A DNA stretch of 64,000 bases from Bacteroidota bacterium (lineage in GTDB: Bacteria; Bacteroidota; Bacteroidia; Bacteroidales; JACABE01), in assembly GCA_026391675.1 (NCBI GenBank), contig JAPLDQ010000021.1:94060-158059 (forward strand), in the 5' to 3' direction. Made by a program: the position numbers and the translations under genes. Shown here one piece after another: positions 40,247-49,202 of this stretch (its first letter is position 1; each line of letters begins with the position of its first letter). The notes under the pieces were generated by a model, which saw nothing but the letters and a program-made list of their open reading frames with translations, was not told the origin of the DNA and ran no database searches.

Positions 40247-40410
40247 TAGCGTAAAGTATTTGAGGACAGTCCTGCTTCGTAGTGAAAATAGTACTTAAAG
40301 TAATTAGAGTAAAGGATATTAATACTTTATCAACGTTTATCAATAAAATCTGTGTTATGTATTTTTTTTATAAATCACCAAATCGCAAAATCACTAAATC
40401 GCCAAATCGC
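40237..40410 (+). repeat. composite repeat, copy A (GCTTGATTTGTAGCGTAAAGTATTTGA..GTCC.GCTTCGTAG / GTACTTAAAG words / AAATCGC-type heptamer run)
   Basis: Aligns with 41071-41208 and 42406-42594. Confidence 0.7.
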
Positions 40411-40442
40411 TTTTTTCTTCTGAATAATTCTATCTTCAGTAT

Positions 40443-40724
40443 TTATGCCTGATTGTTGTTTTCCTTATCCTTTTGCTTTACAAACCAGTAATATGGATTT
40501 AACTTCTTTTTGTATTTTGTAATCAACTGTTTGCCAACAATAACAACTGCAAGCCACCAGGAGATTTCACAGCTTATAAAAAATACTGATATTAAAACGC
40601 CTTTCATTTTTAATGAAAGCGTTAAAAACGGGACCAGGAATATTAATCCAAAGAATACGCCGGATAATGCAATTAAAACAATAGCGATATAATTCAACCT
40701 TTTTCTGTTCAGTGGTTTTTCCAT
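40443..40724 (-). CDS. small two-TM membrane protein (possibly transporter-suffix-domain family)
   Basis: 93 aa with two hydrophobic helices and a basic C-terminal tail. The family assignment comes from memory only. Confidence 0.4.
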   Translation of the reverse strand: MEKPLNRKRLNYIAIVLIALSGVFFGLIFLVPFLTLSLKMKGVLISVFFISCEISWWLAVVIVGKQLITKYKKKLNPYYWFVKQKDKENNNQA

Positions 40725-40772
40725 TTATCTTTAATTATTTGTATATTCTATTGATTATAAAAATTATATAAA

Positions 40773-40999
40773 ATTTGGGCTAAAGCCCGTGTTAATCAGC
40801 ATATTCATTAGAGGCTGTCTCAAAAGTTTAATTTACTTGAATATCAACCTCTGTGTAACTCTGTGACTTCTCATTAATTCTCTGTGTAATAAATATTTAA
40901 TAATTTACACAGAGTTACACAGAGAAAATTTAGAGGTTCACAAAGACTTTTGAGACAGCCTCTAATGAATTCAACTAGCTGAAGGGCTTTAGCCCAAAT
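40773..40999. repeat. ~227-bp near-perfect palindrome (MITE-like or structured element)
   Basis: ATTTGGGCTAAAGCCC (40773-40788) pairs perfectly with GGGCTTTAGCCCAAAT (40984-40999). ATTCATTAGAGGCTGTCTCAAAAGT (40804-40828) pairs perfectly with ACTTTTGAGACAGCCTCTAATGAAT (40946-40970). The inner arms are made of CTCTGTGTAA words. Confidence 0.85.
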
Positions 41000-41070
41000 A
41001 GTTTAGCCGGTAAATAATGATTTGTTCACATAAAAACATCATAATCTTAAAATTGTTCTTAACGGATTTA

Positions 41071-41208
41071 ATGACAGTCCTCCTTCGTAGAATAAATAGT
41101 ACTTAAAGTACTTGGAGTACTTGGAGTACTTAGAGTTAAAGTAATCAATCACTTATGTGTACCATTTTTGATAAATCACTAAATCGCGAAATCACCAAAT
41201 CACCAAAT
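41071..41208 (+). repeat. composite repeat, copy B
   Basis: ..GACAGTCCTCCTTCGTAGAATAAATAGTACTTAAAGTACTTGGAGTACTTGGAGTACTTAGAGTT...AAATCACTAAATCGCGAAATCACCAAATCACCAAAT. Confidence 0.7.
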
Positions 41209-41245
41209 TATAATTTATCCTCAACTTTTAAGGTTGAAACCAGAC

Positions 41246-42172
41246 TCATTCAAAAGGATGTACTTCTTCAAAATCGGGAAGATAATGCGCTGCACTTTCC
41301 AATTCCTGAATCCAACCGCGATGGAAACCTAATTTTTCGGCTTCTTTTACAACCAGTTCGTATTCTTCTTTAGTAAGTTTTCTGTTTAATTCAGGATGTT
41401 TCTTCAGTTTATCCACAGGATGGTATTGTGCCATTATGGATAAGGCGATATCCTCTGATAATTCGTCGGCAACTGAGCGTAAAACTTCCAGACTGTTTTC
41501 AATATGCCCCGGCAATACCAGGTGACGGATGATTAAACCGGATTCTATCAGTCCGTCATCATTTTTAATCAGTGTACTTCCTTTCTGACGGTACATTTCC
41601 CTGATGGCTTTCAATGCCTTTTTGGGGTAGTTTTTGGCATCAGAGAAATCCTTAGCCAGTTCCTTATCCTTATATTTTAAATCGGGTAAATAGACTGATA
41701 TATAGCTCTCCAGCAATTCAATGCTTTCAAGGCTGTCGTAAGCATTGGTATTATAAACTGTTATCGGATGGCGGTCTTTTGCCCTTAATGCATCAATAAT
41801 GGCAATTACATGAGGGACGTAGTGGGAGGGAGATACAAAACCGACGGAATTAATACCATGCTCATCCAATATGCTGATGATTTCTTCCACCACTTCATTT
41901 AATTCGTATTTACGACTGACAACATCTCCTTTATTACAGCTGATCTGGTGGTTCTGGCAATAGATGCACTGCAGATTGCAGCGACTGAAAAACACATTAC
42001 AAATACCTTTTTCGCCGCTTATCATGGGTTCTTCGCCTTTATGCAGGACAATGGCAGCGATGTTATAATCAGCATCACTCTTACAGTAGCCCAGTTTTTT
42101 TGAATAGCGGTTGGCATCGCATTCACGGGGACAGATGTGGCAATCTTTCAGTTGATTAAATAGATCTTTCAT
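41246..42172 (-). CDS. radical SAM protein, PflX-like (homologue of pyruvate formate-lyase activating enzymes, COG1313-type)
   Basis: N-terminal Cys-rich CHICPRECDANR...GYC, a radical SAM cluster CNLQCIYC, and the right length at about 300 aa. Confidence 0.7.
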   Translation of the reverse strand: MKDLFNQLKDCHICPRECDANRYSKKLGYCKSDADYNIAAIVLHKGEEPMISGEKGICNVFFSRCNLQCIYCQNHQISCNKGDVVSRKYELNEVVEEIISILDEHGINSVGFVSPSHYVPHVIAIIDALRAKDRHPITVYNTNAYDSLESIELLESYISVYLPDLKYKDKELAKDFSDAKNYPKKALKAIREMYRQKGSTLIKNDDGLIESGLIIRHLVLPGHIENSLEVLRSVADELSEDIALSIMAQYHPVDKLKKHPELNRKLTKEEYELVVKEAEKLGFHRGWIQELESAAHYLPDFEEVHPFE

Positions 42173-42405
42173 AAAGTGGGCAAATTTACATATAATATTT
42201 GGAAAGTGAGAAGTCAGAAGTCAGAAGTCGGAAGTCAGGGGAGAGCATAATCTATGATTTGTGTCATTTAAATTAAAATCATAAATCGTTGTTCTAAAAT
42301 CAATATTATTTTCGATTAACGATTAACAAATGCATAAGTCTGAAGATGCTGCTTCGAAGAAGTCTGGCTTTCGTAATTCGTAATTTTTAATTCGTAATTA
42401 ATTTC

Positions 42406-42594
42406 GCTTGATTCGTAGCGTAAAGTATTTGATGTCGGTCCGGCTTCGTAGAGAAATAAGTACTTAGAGTATTTAAAGTACTTGGAGTACTTAGAGTTAA
42501 GGACTTACTACTTTATCTGCGTTAATCAGTAAAAATCAGCGTCATCTGTGTTCCATTCTTTAAAAATCGCGAAATCGCAAAATCACTAAATCAC
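42406..42594 (+). repeat. composite repeat, copy C (the last heptamer overlaps the stop codon of the 42591..43079 gene)
   Basis: GCTTGATTCGTAGCGTAAAGTATTTGATGTCGGTCCGGCTTCGTAGAGAAATAAGTACTTAGAGTATTTAAAGTACTTGGAGTACTTAGAGTT...AAATCGCGAAATCGCAAAATCACTAAATCAC. Confidence 0.7.
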
Positions 42595-43079
42595 AAATTT
42601 TTCCGTTTATAATCCAGCGTTTCGTGCCATGCTTTCTTTGGTCTGGATGCCGGATAGCCGTTTTCAAGCCTGTAGTTTTTTCTTTCATCTGTAAAGTCCC
42701 ACCAGACTTTAGTAGCATCTTTGGTATTGGCATAATGCACTATCAGCCTGAACTGGTCTTCAAGGCAGGGGTCTATCCAATAGCCCTTTTTTAGTTCGTA
42801 TTCTTCGGTGAGTTTTGCACCGTCCTTGTCTTTTAAATCATCAATTGCGTAAAAGCCCATAAATACAAGATCTTCGGCAAACTTTATGCCTACTGAAGGT
42901 ATCATCTGGAATTCAGCCAAAGCCAGTATTTCTTTTGCTCTTTCATATGTTGAGTCCAGTAATACTTCCAGCTCGTCAACAGCATAGTCGGGAACAGCTG
43001 ATATCCTGACTTTATGCTTTTTCAGGCAAAGTTTTTCAATGTCTGTGAGGGGTAATTTTATGTTTGTTTTTTTCTTCAT
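42591..43079 (-). CDS. helix-hairpin-helix protein of the 'pathogenicity locus' Cdd1 domain family
   Basis: ..FQMIPSVGIKFAEDLVFMGFYAIDDLKDKDGAKL....DPCLEDQFRLIVHYA.. matches my recollection of the Cdd1/HhH pattern IPGIG...A.DL...G......L........C..D. Confidence 0.5.
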   Translation of the reverse strand: MKKKTNIKLPLTDIEKLCLKKHKVRISAVPDYAVDELEVLLDSTYERAKEILALAEFQMIPSVGIKFAEDLVFMGFYAIDDLKDKDGAKLTEEYELKKGYWIDPCLEDQFRLIVHYANTKDATKVWWDFTDERKNYRLENGYPASRPKKAWHETLDYKRKNL

Positions 43080-43135
43080 AAGATATCTTATCTTTCTCTT
43101 TATACAGGGCTTTTGTATAATTTATTTCGATATTC

Positions 43136-43393
43136 TTAATCATTAAAGGGTTCTTTTGGAAGATTCTTCAAATTATTGATGTATCTTTTTTCATTGTATT
43201 TTTTTCCAAATTTCATTACCTCAAATAATTCGACAGCTATACATTGGCCAATAAGCTGTTTCGTAACAAAATCAGTGTATCCCATATCAATTAGTCTTTT
43301 ATATGTTACTCTTGTTTCAGGGGGATTATTATCTTTAATCTGGTTGTTAACAATCTCAAAGATTTGTTCTCTGGCTAAATCATTTGTTTCCAT
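43136..43393 (-). CDS. hypothetical small helical protein (85 aa)
   Basis: ORF track; no secure motif. Confidence 0.4.
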   Translation of the reverse strand: METNDLAREQIFEIVNNQIKDNNPPETRVTYKRLIDMGYTDFVTKQLIGQCIAVELFEVMKFGKKYNEKRYINNLKNLPKEPFND

Positions 43394-43411
43394 TGATTAA
43401 GTTATTTAGTG

Positions 43412-44266
43412 TTACATAATTTTCTCAAAAGGTTTAACAATACTGTCAAGTCGGAAATCTACATCTTTTATAGCTTTTTGTTTTTCAAATACCATAAAAA
43501 TATGGTGATTTAATAAATTTCCGGGCTTAATATTTATTTTCAACTGTTCTTTATAGATTTCTTTTTTATACGTTAAGGGTATTTCCTTATGCTTTTTTAA
43601 ATTGCTGAAATATCGCAGATACGAACTGATATAAATTAAAGGATAAAAGAACGGAAATAAGAACAAAGAAGCTTTACTTATCCTCATATATCTTATTTCT
43701 TTAATACCAAACCCTGAAAGTTTAGCTAATATTCTTAATTTCTGCAATCCGATAAGAAAGATATGACCATGATAAATTTCTGTTGTCAATGATTTATCCG
43801 ACATCCAGATATCATCCATTTCATTGGGCGGCATTTGTTTTGAGGTTTCACTTTCAAAGAGTAAATAGCTGAATTTAGATGCGAGATTTGAATAGGAGGG
43901 TGTTGTGATTAACAATTTCGCATTTGGTTTTAAAACCCTGTTAAACTCTTTAAATGTCTTTAGCTGGTCGCTAAAATGTTCAATACCTTCCTGACAAATC
44001 AGCATATCGGCATAATTATCAGCCAACGGTATTTTGTCAGCAATATCAGCACGTTTACATTCGATATCTTTAAGCATAAAATACTCAGGAAATAAATCAA
44101 AAGCTTCAACTTTTGCACCATATTCCAGTAATATTTCTGACGTAACGCCATTTCCTGCAGGAATATCAATTACTATACTTTTTTGTAATTCAGTTTTTAT
44201 ACTGTTCAGATACTTAATTACATGAAATTTGGGGCTCTTATAATTTTTTACGTTTACATCTATCAT
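43412..44266 (-). CDS. class I SAM-dependent methyltransferase with a hydrophobic C-terminal segment
   Basis: Motif I VIDIPAGNGV, an acidic loop EAFDL, motif post-II ..MLICQEGIEH.., and LKPNAKLLITTP. Confidence 0.7.
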   Translation of the reverse strand: MIDVNVKNYKSPKFHVIKYLNSIKTELQKSIVIDIPAGNGVTSEILLEYGAKVEAFDLFPEYFMLKDIECKRADIADKIPLADNYADMLICQEGIEHFSDQLKTFKEFNRVLKPNAKLLITTPSYSNLASKFSYLLFESETSKQMPPNEMDDIWMSDKSLTTEIYHGHIFLIGLQKLRILAKLSGFGIKEIRYMRISKASLFLFPFFYPLIYISSYLRYFSNLKKHKEIPLTYKKEIYKEQLKINIKPGNLLNHHIFMVFEKQKAIKDVDFRLDSIVKPFEKIM

Positions 44267-44437
44267 CAGGCTGTCTCTTTATTTTAGTTATTTTTGATCA
44301 GGATTATTATTCTGCATTTAATTTCGTTCTGTAAAATTATTTATTTTTATTAAATCCTGATATTCTTTGACATTCGTTTGATTATTATACAAGCCGGATT
44401 TATCTATACCCAGCAGAAAATCAGACTTTAAAACATT

Positions 44438-45358
44438 TTAATCTTTTATAAATTTTAGTATTGAACTTTCATTATCATCGCTGTATTTGATTAAATACAG
44501 GCCTGATTTGAAGGAGGAGATGTCAATTTCTTCTTTTGTTTGTTTTATGCCTTGTTTTAAAAGCATTTTACCTTGTATATCATAAATGTATATCATGGAA
44601 TTTTGCCTGATTGCAGCTAATTCAAGCGTTATGACCTGCTGTGCCGGTGAAGGATATAGCTGTATCTGTAATTGAACGGTCTTCCTTTCACTGATACCGG
44701 TTATATATTGACAGCTGGTTATGCCTGAAGGGGGATTGATTAAATAGTTCAGGGTATCATGATAGCACATTGTATTGAGCGTAAATTCAAATTCATAGGT
44801 ATAAGGGAAAAATAATTCTTTTGTACTTCCAATTCCTTCAATCCAATAATCCTGTTGAGCGAATTTTGTATAATAAATTTGATACCTTTTTCTGAATTTT
44901 GAACCAAGCAAGACAGAATCAATGGAAATAACAGAAATTGAATTATTCCCGGGGTTAATGGCTATTGAATCACCAACCTTGAGATTATTAAAACTGTATA
45001 ACAGCTGTTCACTGCTGTCATTGGGAAATAAAGGATGAGAGGGTGAAATTATATAATTATACCTTGGAAAAAGATAGATATGTTTCATCGTATCTTCTCT
45101 CAATCCACAGATATATACCCGGGCATTCTGTACTTCATCTTTATAGTACATTTTCTTATATTGTTTAGCCTTAATAATCGTATCACCATCCATGATATAG
45201 CTGTAATTGGTATAATGCCAGGCAGCAGGATTAGGGTTACCGTTCCAGAAATATAAACAATTCCAAACAGCCGTATCAGTCGGAAACTTATTATATTGCT
45301 GACTTTGTGCTGTAATTCCTGAAAAAGAAAACAGTAAAATGACTAATATTTTTTTCAT
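44438..45358 (-). CDS. secreted protein with a T9SS C-terminal sorting domain
   Basis: Signal peptide. The C-terminus reads ..LYPSPAQQVITLEL...GLYLIKYS... Confidence 0.7.
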   Translation of the reverse strand: MKKILVILLFSFSGITAQSQQYNKFPTDTAVWNCLYFWNGNPNPAAWHYTNYSYIMDGDTIIKAKQYKKMYYKDEVQNARVYICGLREDTMKHIYLFPRYNYIISPSHPLFPNDSSEQLLYSFNNLKVGDSIAINPGNNSISVISIDSVLLGSKFRKRYQIYYTKFAQQDYWIEGIGSTKELFFPYTYEFEFTLNTMCYHDTLNYLINPPSGITSCQYITGISERKTVQLQIQLYPSPAQQVITLELAAIRQNSMIYIYDIQGKMLLKQGIKQTKEEIDISSFKSGLYLIKYSDDNESSILKFIKD

Positions 45359-45500
45359 ATGTTTGAATGTTTATATTTTGACATTAAAAGTAATATAAAA
45401 AGTAATAGAATTCGACTTGGTTTATAAATCAGTTTTTGGTATTTCAATAAAGAGTATTAAATGATGCAAAATGTTGCATAATTCACATAATAATTTTCAT

Positions 45501-45508
45501 TAAATTTG
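45501..45508 (+). promoter_or_regulatory. -7 box TAAATTTG upstream of rmuC
   Basis: Matches TAnnTTTG, 16 nt upstream of the ATG at 45524. Confidence 0.35.
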
Positions 45509-45523
45509 TAGCAAAAATACTAT

Positions 45524-46900
45524 ATGAATATCGTACTCATCATAATTGCCTTTATCGTTGGTTTTAATCTGGCATACATCATCTTACGTGCTAAATTCCA
45601 GAAAGAAAACAAAGAAATTATAGCTTCTCAGCAGGAAACAGAAAAGCAGCTGGGTATTGCCAAAGCCGAAAAAGATATTGTGATGCAGAATATTCAGCAA
45701 ACCATTACCTATATTGAAAAAGAAAAGGAAAATTTAAAAATGCAGCTTGCGGAAGAACAACAAAAATCTGAATCCTTAAGTATGCGCAACACAAAAGCCG
45801 AAACTGAATACCGTAACCTTCAGGAAAAACTGAATACCCAGAAAGCCGAACTGGAAGAAATACAGAAGAAATTCACCACCGAATTTGAAAACATTGCGCA
45901 TAAGATACTGAAACAAAACTCTGTTGAATTTACATCTACCAATCAAAAGAACATTTCTGAAATATTAAATCCGCTTAAAGAAAAAATACAATCCTTCGAA
46001 CAAAAGGTGAACGAAACCCATATACAGGGCGTAAGAGACAATACCAGTCTGCGTGAGGAAGTTAAAAAACTATACGAACTCAACAGCAAAATCAGCGAAG
46101 AAGCCAATAATCTTACCAAAGCCCTGAAAGGTGATAGTAAAAAACAAGGCAACTGGGGCGAAATGGTACTCGAAAGAATACTGGAACGTTCCGGTCTTAT
46201 CAAAGGCGAAGAATACGAAACCCAGTTTACGGCCCGCAACGATCATAATGAAATTTTACGTCCTGATGTGGTGATAAAACTACCGGATAACAAGCACATT
46301 ATCATTGATTCCAAGGTTTCATTACTGGCTTATGAGCAATTTGTGAATGCCGAAACCAATGAGGAAAAGGAAAAATTCAGCAAGATGCATATTGAATCTT
46401 TAAAAAATCATGTAAAAGGCCTGAGTGAAAAGAGTTATGCTTCATCCGATGCCTTTAATACACCTGATTTTGTGCTGATGTTTTTACCTATTGAATCCTC
46501 TTTCAGTATTGCCATACAGCAGGATATTGAGTTGTTTAATTTTGCATGGGACAGGAGGGTGGTTATTGTGAGTCCGTCAACTTTACTGGCAACGCTAAAA
46601 ACGATTGAATCCATCTGGAAAAGGGAAAAACAAACCAGAAATGCACTGGAAATTGCTGATGAAGGCGGTAAATTATACGATAAATTTGTAAGTCTGGTTG
46701 ATGATTTAAAGAAACTGGGCAATCAGCTGGATACGGTTCAGAAAACCTATCAGGAAGCCAATAAGAAATTATATACAGGAAGTGGCAACTTAGTAGGGAA
46801 AGTGGAGAAACTGCGTCAATTGGGTGCTAAAAACACCAAAAGTCTGACTGAAAATGCTATCAAGCAAATTGAGTTTAAAAATGAAGATGAAGTTGAATAA
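45524..46900 (+). CDS. rmuC: DNA recombination protein RmuC
   Basis: N-terminal TM helix, a long coiled coil, and a C-terminal nuclease-like block ..PDVVIKLPDNKHIIIDSKVSL..Y.. and ..DFVLMFLPIES... Confidence 0.85.
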   Translation: MNIVLIIIAFIVGFNLAYIILRAKFQKENKEIIASQQETEKQLGIAKAEKDIVMQNIQQTITYIEKEKENLKMQLAEEQQKSESLSMRNTKAETEYRNLQEKLNTQKAELEEIQKKFTTEFENIAHKILKQNSVEFTSTNQKNISEILNPLKEKIQSFEQKVNETHIQGVRDNTSLREEVKKLYELNSKISEEANNLTKALKGDSKKQGNWGEMVLERILERSGLIKGEEYETQFTARNDHNEILRPDVVIKLPDNKHIIIDSKVSLLAYEQFVNAETNEEKEKFSKMHIESLKNHVKGLSEKSYASSDAFNTPDFVLMFLPIESSFSIAIQQDIELFNFAWDRRVVIVSPSTLLATLKTIESIWKREKQTRNALEIADEGGKLYDKFVSLVDDLKKLGNQLDTVQKTYQEANKKLYTGSGNLVGKVEKLRQLGAKNTKSLTENAIKQIEFKNEDEVE

Positions 46901-47030
46901 ATAGTTTATAAATTTATAAAGTTAAAAGTTTATAAAGTAAATGAAAATAGCTTTATAATTCATACTATTCATTAAACAACAGAAAAAGCCTTATGGAGCT
47001 TAAATAGCTGTTCATTAATACAAAATATTT

Positions 47031-47726
47031 ATGAAAGAACTGAATTTAGCACAGAAAAAAGAGTTCTATGAATATCTTACCGCTTTTGTTTCAGATAATA
47101 AGAAATCGAAAATAGATGAAATTGTGCTTTCCCGCACACGGCATCTTACTGTAGTACTTGAAGATATATTTCAATCGCAGAATGCCAGTGCCGTATTACG
47201 AACCTGTGATTGTTTCGGAATACAGGATGTTCATATTATAGAAAACCGCTATCCTTACGAAATTAATCCTGATGTTGAACTGGGCTCTGCCAAATGGCTG
47301 AATCTGTTCCGTTATAATACCAATGGCCACAACACCAGGGAAGCCTTACAATCATTAAAGAAAAAAGGCTATAAAATTATAGCCACTACTCCACACAAAA
47401 ACGATTTAATGATACAGGATTTATCTGTTGGTCAAAAGTTTGCCATGGTTTTTGGTACAGAAAAAGAAGGCTTATCTGATATTGCCATTCAGGAGGCAGA
47501 TGCATTTGTAAAGATTCCAATGTATGGCTTTACTGAAAGTTTTAATATATCGGTATCAGCAGCCATGTCAGTGTTTTATCTTTCAGAAAAGATTCGTCAG
47601 TCAGGGATGAACTGGCAGCTTAAAGAAGATGAAATTTTCGATATTAAAATCAACTGGATTACCAATGTAATAAGGATGGCTGAGCAGGTTAAAGAAGATT
47701 TTTTGCAAAAAAAGGGATGGATATAA
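47031..47726 (+). CDS. trmH: SpoU/TrmH-family tRNA (guanosine-2'-O)-methyltransferase
   Basis: SPOUT motifs ..NASAVLRTCDCFGI.., ..MVFGTEKEGLS.. and ..IPMYGFTESFNISVSAAM... Confidence 0.8.
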   Translation: MKELNLAQKKEFYEYLTAFVSDNKKSKIDEIVLSRTRHLTVVLEDIFQSQNASAVLRTCDCFGIQDVHIIENRYPYEINPDVELGSAKWLNLFRYNTNGHNTREALQSLKKKGYKIIATTPHKNDLMIQDLSVGQKFAMVFGTEKEGLSDIAIQEADAFVKIPMYGFTESFNISVSAAMSVFYLSEKIRQSGMNWQLKEDEIFDIKINWITNVIRMAEQVKEDFLQKKGWI

Positions 47727-47823
47727 ATAAATAAAAAAATATTTTATTAGTAGTGCTTCTAAGTTTTAAATTATATAACTTTACCAATTATTAATAATAT
47801 TCATTACTTAAATAAATAATTAT

Positions 47824-48066
47824 ATGGGAAAAGGCGACAAAAAAACCAAAAGAGGAAAGATAATATTAGGTTCTTCAGGTGTAAAACGCCCAAAGAATAA
47901 AAAATCAAATCCTGTAATTGCTGCTGCAAATGCTGTTAAAGAGGTAAAAGAAGAAAAACCAGCAAAAAAACAAAAAGACGAAGTAGTTGAAGTAAAAGTA
48001 GAGAAAAAAGCCGCTGAAGCTAAACCGGCAAAGAAAACCACAAAAAAAGAGCCAACTGCTGAGTAA
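47824..48066 (+). CDS. 30S ribosomal protein bTHX with a long Lys/Ala/Glu-rich C-terminal extension
   Basis: The N-terminus MGKGDKKTKRGKIILGSSGVKRPKNKK parallels Thermus Thx [26 protein letters not shown] (from memory). Confidence 0.7.
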   Translation: MGKGDKKTKRGKIILGSSGVKRPKNKKSNPVIAAANAVKEVKEEKPAKKQKDEVVEVKVEKKAAEAKPAKKTTKKEPTAE

Positions 48067-48074
48067 ATAAAAAA

Positions 48075-48112
48075 AGTACTTGGAGTACTTAGAATATTTA
48101 AAGTACTTAAAG
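48075..48112 (+). repeat. AGTACTT(R)RAG word run (same word as in composite repeats A-C)
   Basis: AGTACTTGGAGTACTTAGAATATTTAAAGTACTTAAAG lies directly after the bTHX stop codon. Confidence 0.6.
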
Positions 48113-48296
48113 TTAATCTGGTTAACACCTGAACTGTGCTAATTTGTAATATTCTGTTTTACAAATTTCAGGCATAACAATGATGCAATATGTTAAAAAA
48201 AGAGGGAACAGAAAAGTTCTCTCTTTTTATTTTAAGCATTCTGATATAAATAACGAATTATTACTTATAACTTATAATTCATAATTTATAACTAAC

Positions 48297-48758
48297 CTAG
48301 TATCCTCTTTGTCTGGCCGTTATCTTATCAATTACCACTTTAAAACAAGCTACATTTTTTATTGCGGGTAAAGAATAAGTAAAATCACGATGGGTATATT
48401 TTTGCATGATTTTGTTCATCCATACTGTTTTTTCGTCTATATCCTCAGTAAATTCAACATGGCCATAAACAATAACGCTTTTAAACTTCATGCTGTAACT
48501 GCATCCCACTTCAATATCATGGAAATGCAAATCATGTCCGGTGCTAAAAACAATAGATACTTCCGGATTTGCTTTTAAAATATCAATTTTCTTTCCAAAC
48601 GGAGCAGAATGAAGATAGATTACATTTTCTTCATAAGCAAAATTATAGGGCAGGGTATAGGGTTTACCTTCCAGATCAACCATGCCGATATAACATACAT
48701 CGCATTGATTGATTACTTCTTCTATTTCAGTTTGTTTAGTTATTAAAAGGGTTTTCAT
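48297..48758 (-). CDS. pyridoxamine 5'-phosphate oxidase-family (split-barrel flavin-binding) protein
   Basis: The ~150-aa pattern ..CYIGMVDLEGKPYTLPYNFAYEENVIYLHSA..GKK is typical of Pyridox_ox_2/Nim-like proteins. Confidence 0.6.
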   Translation of the reverse strand: MKTLLITKQTEIEEVINQCDVCYIGMVDLEGKPYTLPYNFAYEENVIYLHSAPFGKKIDILKANPEVSIVFSTGHDLHFHDIEVGCSYSMKFKSVIVYGHVEFTEDIDEKTVWMNKIMQKYTHRDFTYSLPAIKNVACFKVVIDKITARQRGY

Positions 48759-49128
48759 CGTCGAGTTTTTTTACTACAATTTTACCTGATTTTATTTTTT
48801 CAGGAATTTCTAAAATAAAGCTTACTATAGAGAGTATAATGCTAAATGCCAGGGCCCACCAAAAGCTGTCCACTTTAAATTCAGGAACCAGAGCGGATGC
48901 AAGTAAAATAATAAATGCATTGATTACCAGTAAAAAAAGTCCCATACTAAATATGGTTGCAGGAATTGTCAGCATGATGAGTAATGGTCTTACGAAAATG
49001 TTCAGCAATGTCAGGACTATTGAAATAACAATAGCTGTTGTAAAATTAGGAACATGAATTCCATTCAGTAAATATGCTGTTATAACAACAGCAAATGAAG
49101 TCACAATAATTTTAAAGATATATTTCAT
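48736..49128 (-). CDS. four-TM membrane protein, DUF360 / phage holin family IV-like
   Basis: 130 aa with four hydrophobic helices and the ..RPLL..LT.P... pattern. Confidence 0.5.
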   Translation of the reverse strand: MKYIFKIIVTSFAVVITAYLLNGIHVPNFTTAIVISIVLTLLNIFVRPLLIMLTIPATIFSMGLFLLVINAFIILLASALVPEFKVDSFWWALAFSIILSIVSFILEIPEKIKSGKIVVKKLDDENPFNN

Positions 49129-49202
49129 TGTATTGTATGATTAAGGCTGCAAAACTACATATTTTTTATGAAAAAAAATCAGCGAAATTACAGCCGGTTT
49201 TA

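Noticed and set aside
40773-40999. An insertion sequence or transposon
   Set aside because: It has no coding capacity and no transposase anywhere in the window. No direct target-site duplication flanks the palindrome, so only a non-autonomous MITE remains possible.
47820-48128. 102-aa minus-strand ORF antisense to bTHX
   Set aside because: It is a mirror-image low-complexity translation of the Lys/Ala/Glu-rich tail. The bTHX frame has a recognisable conserved N-terminus.
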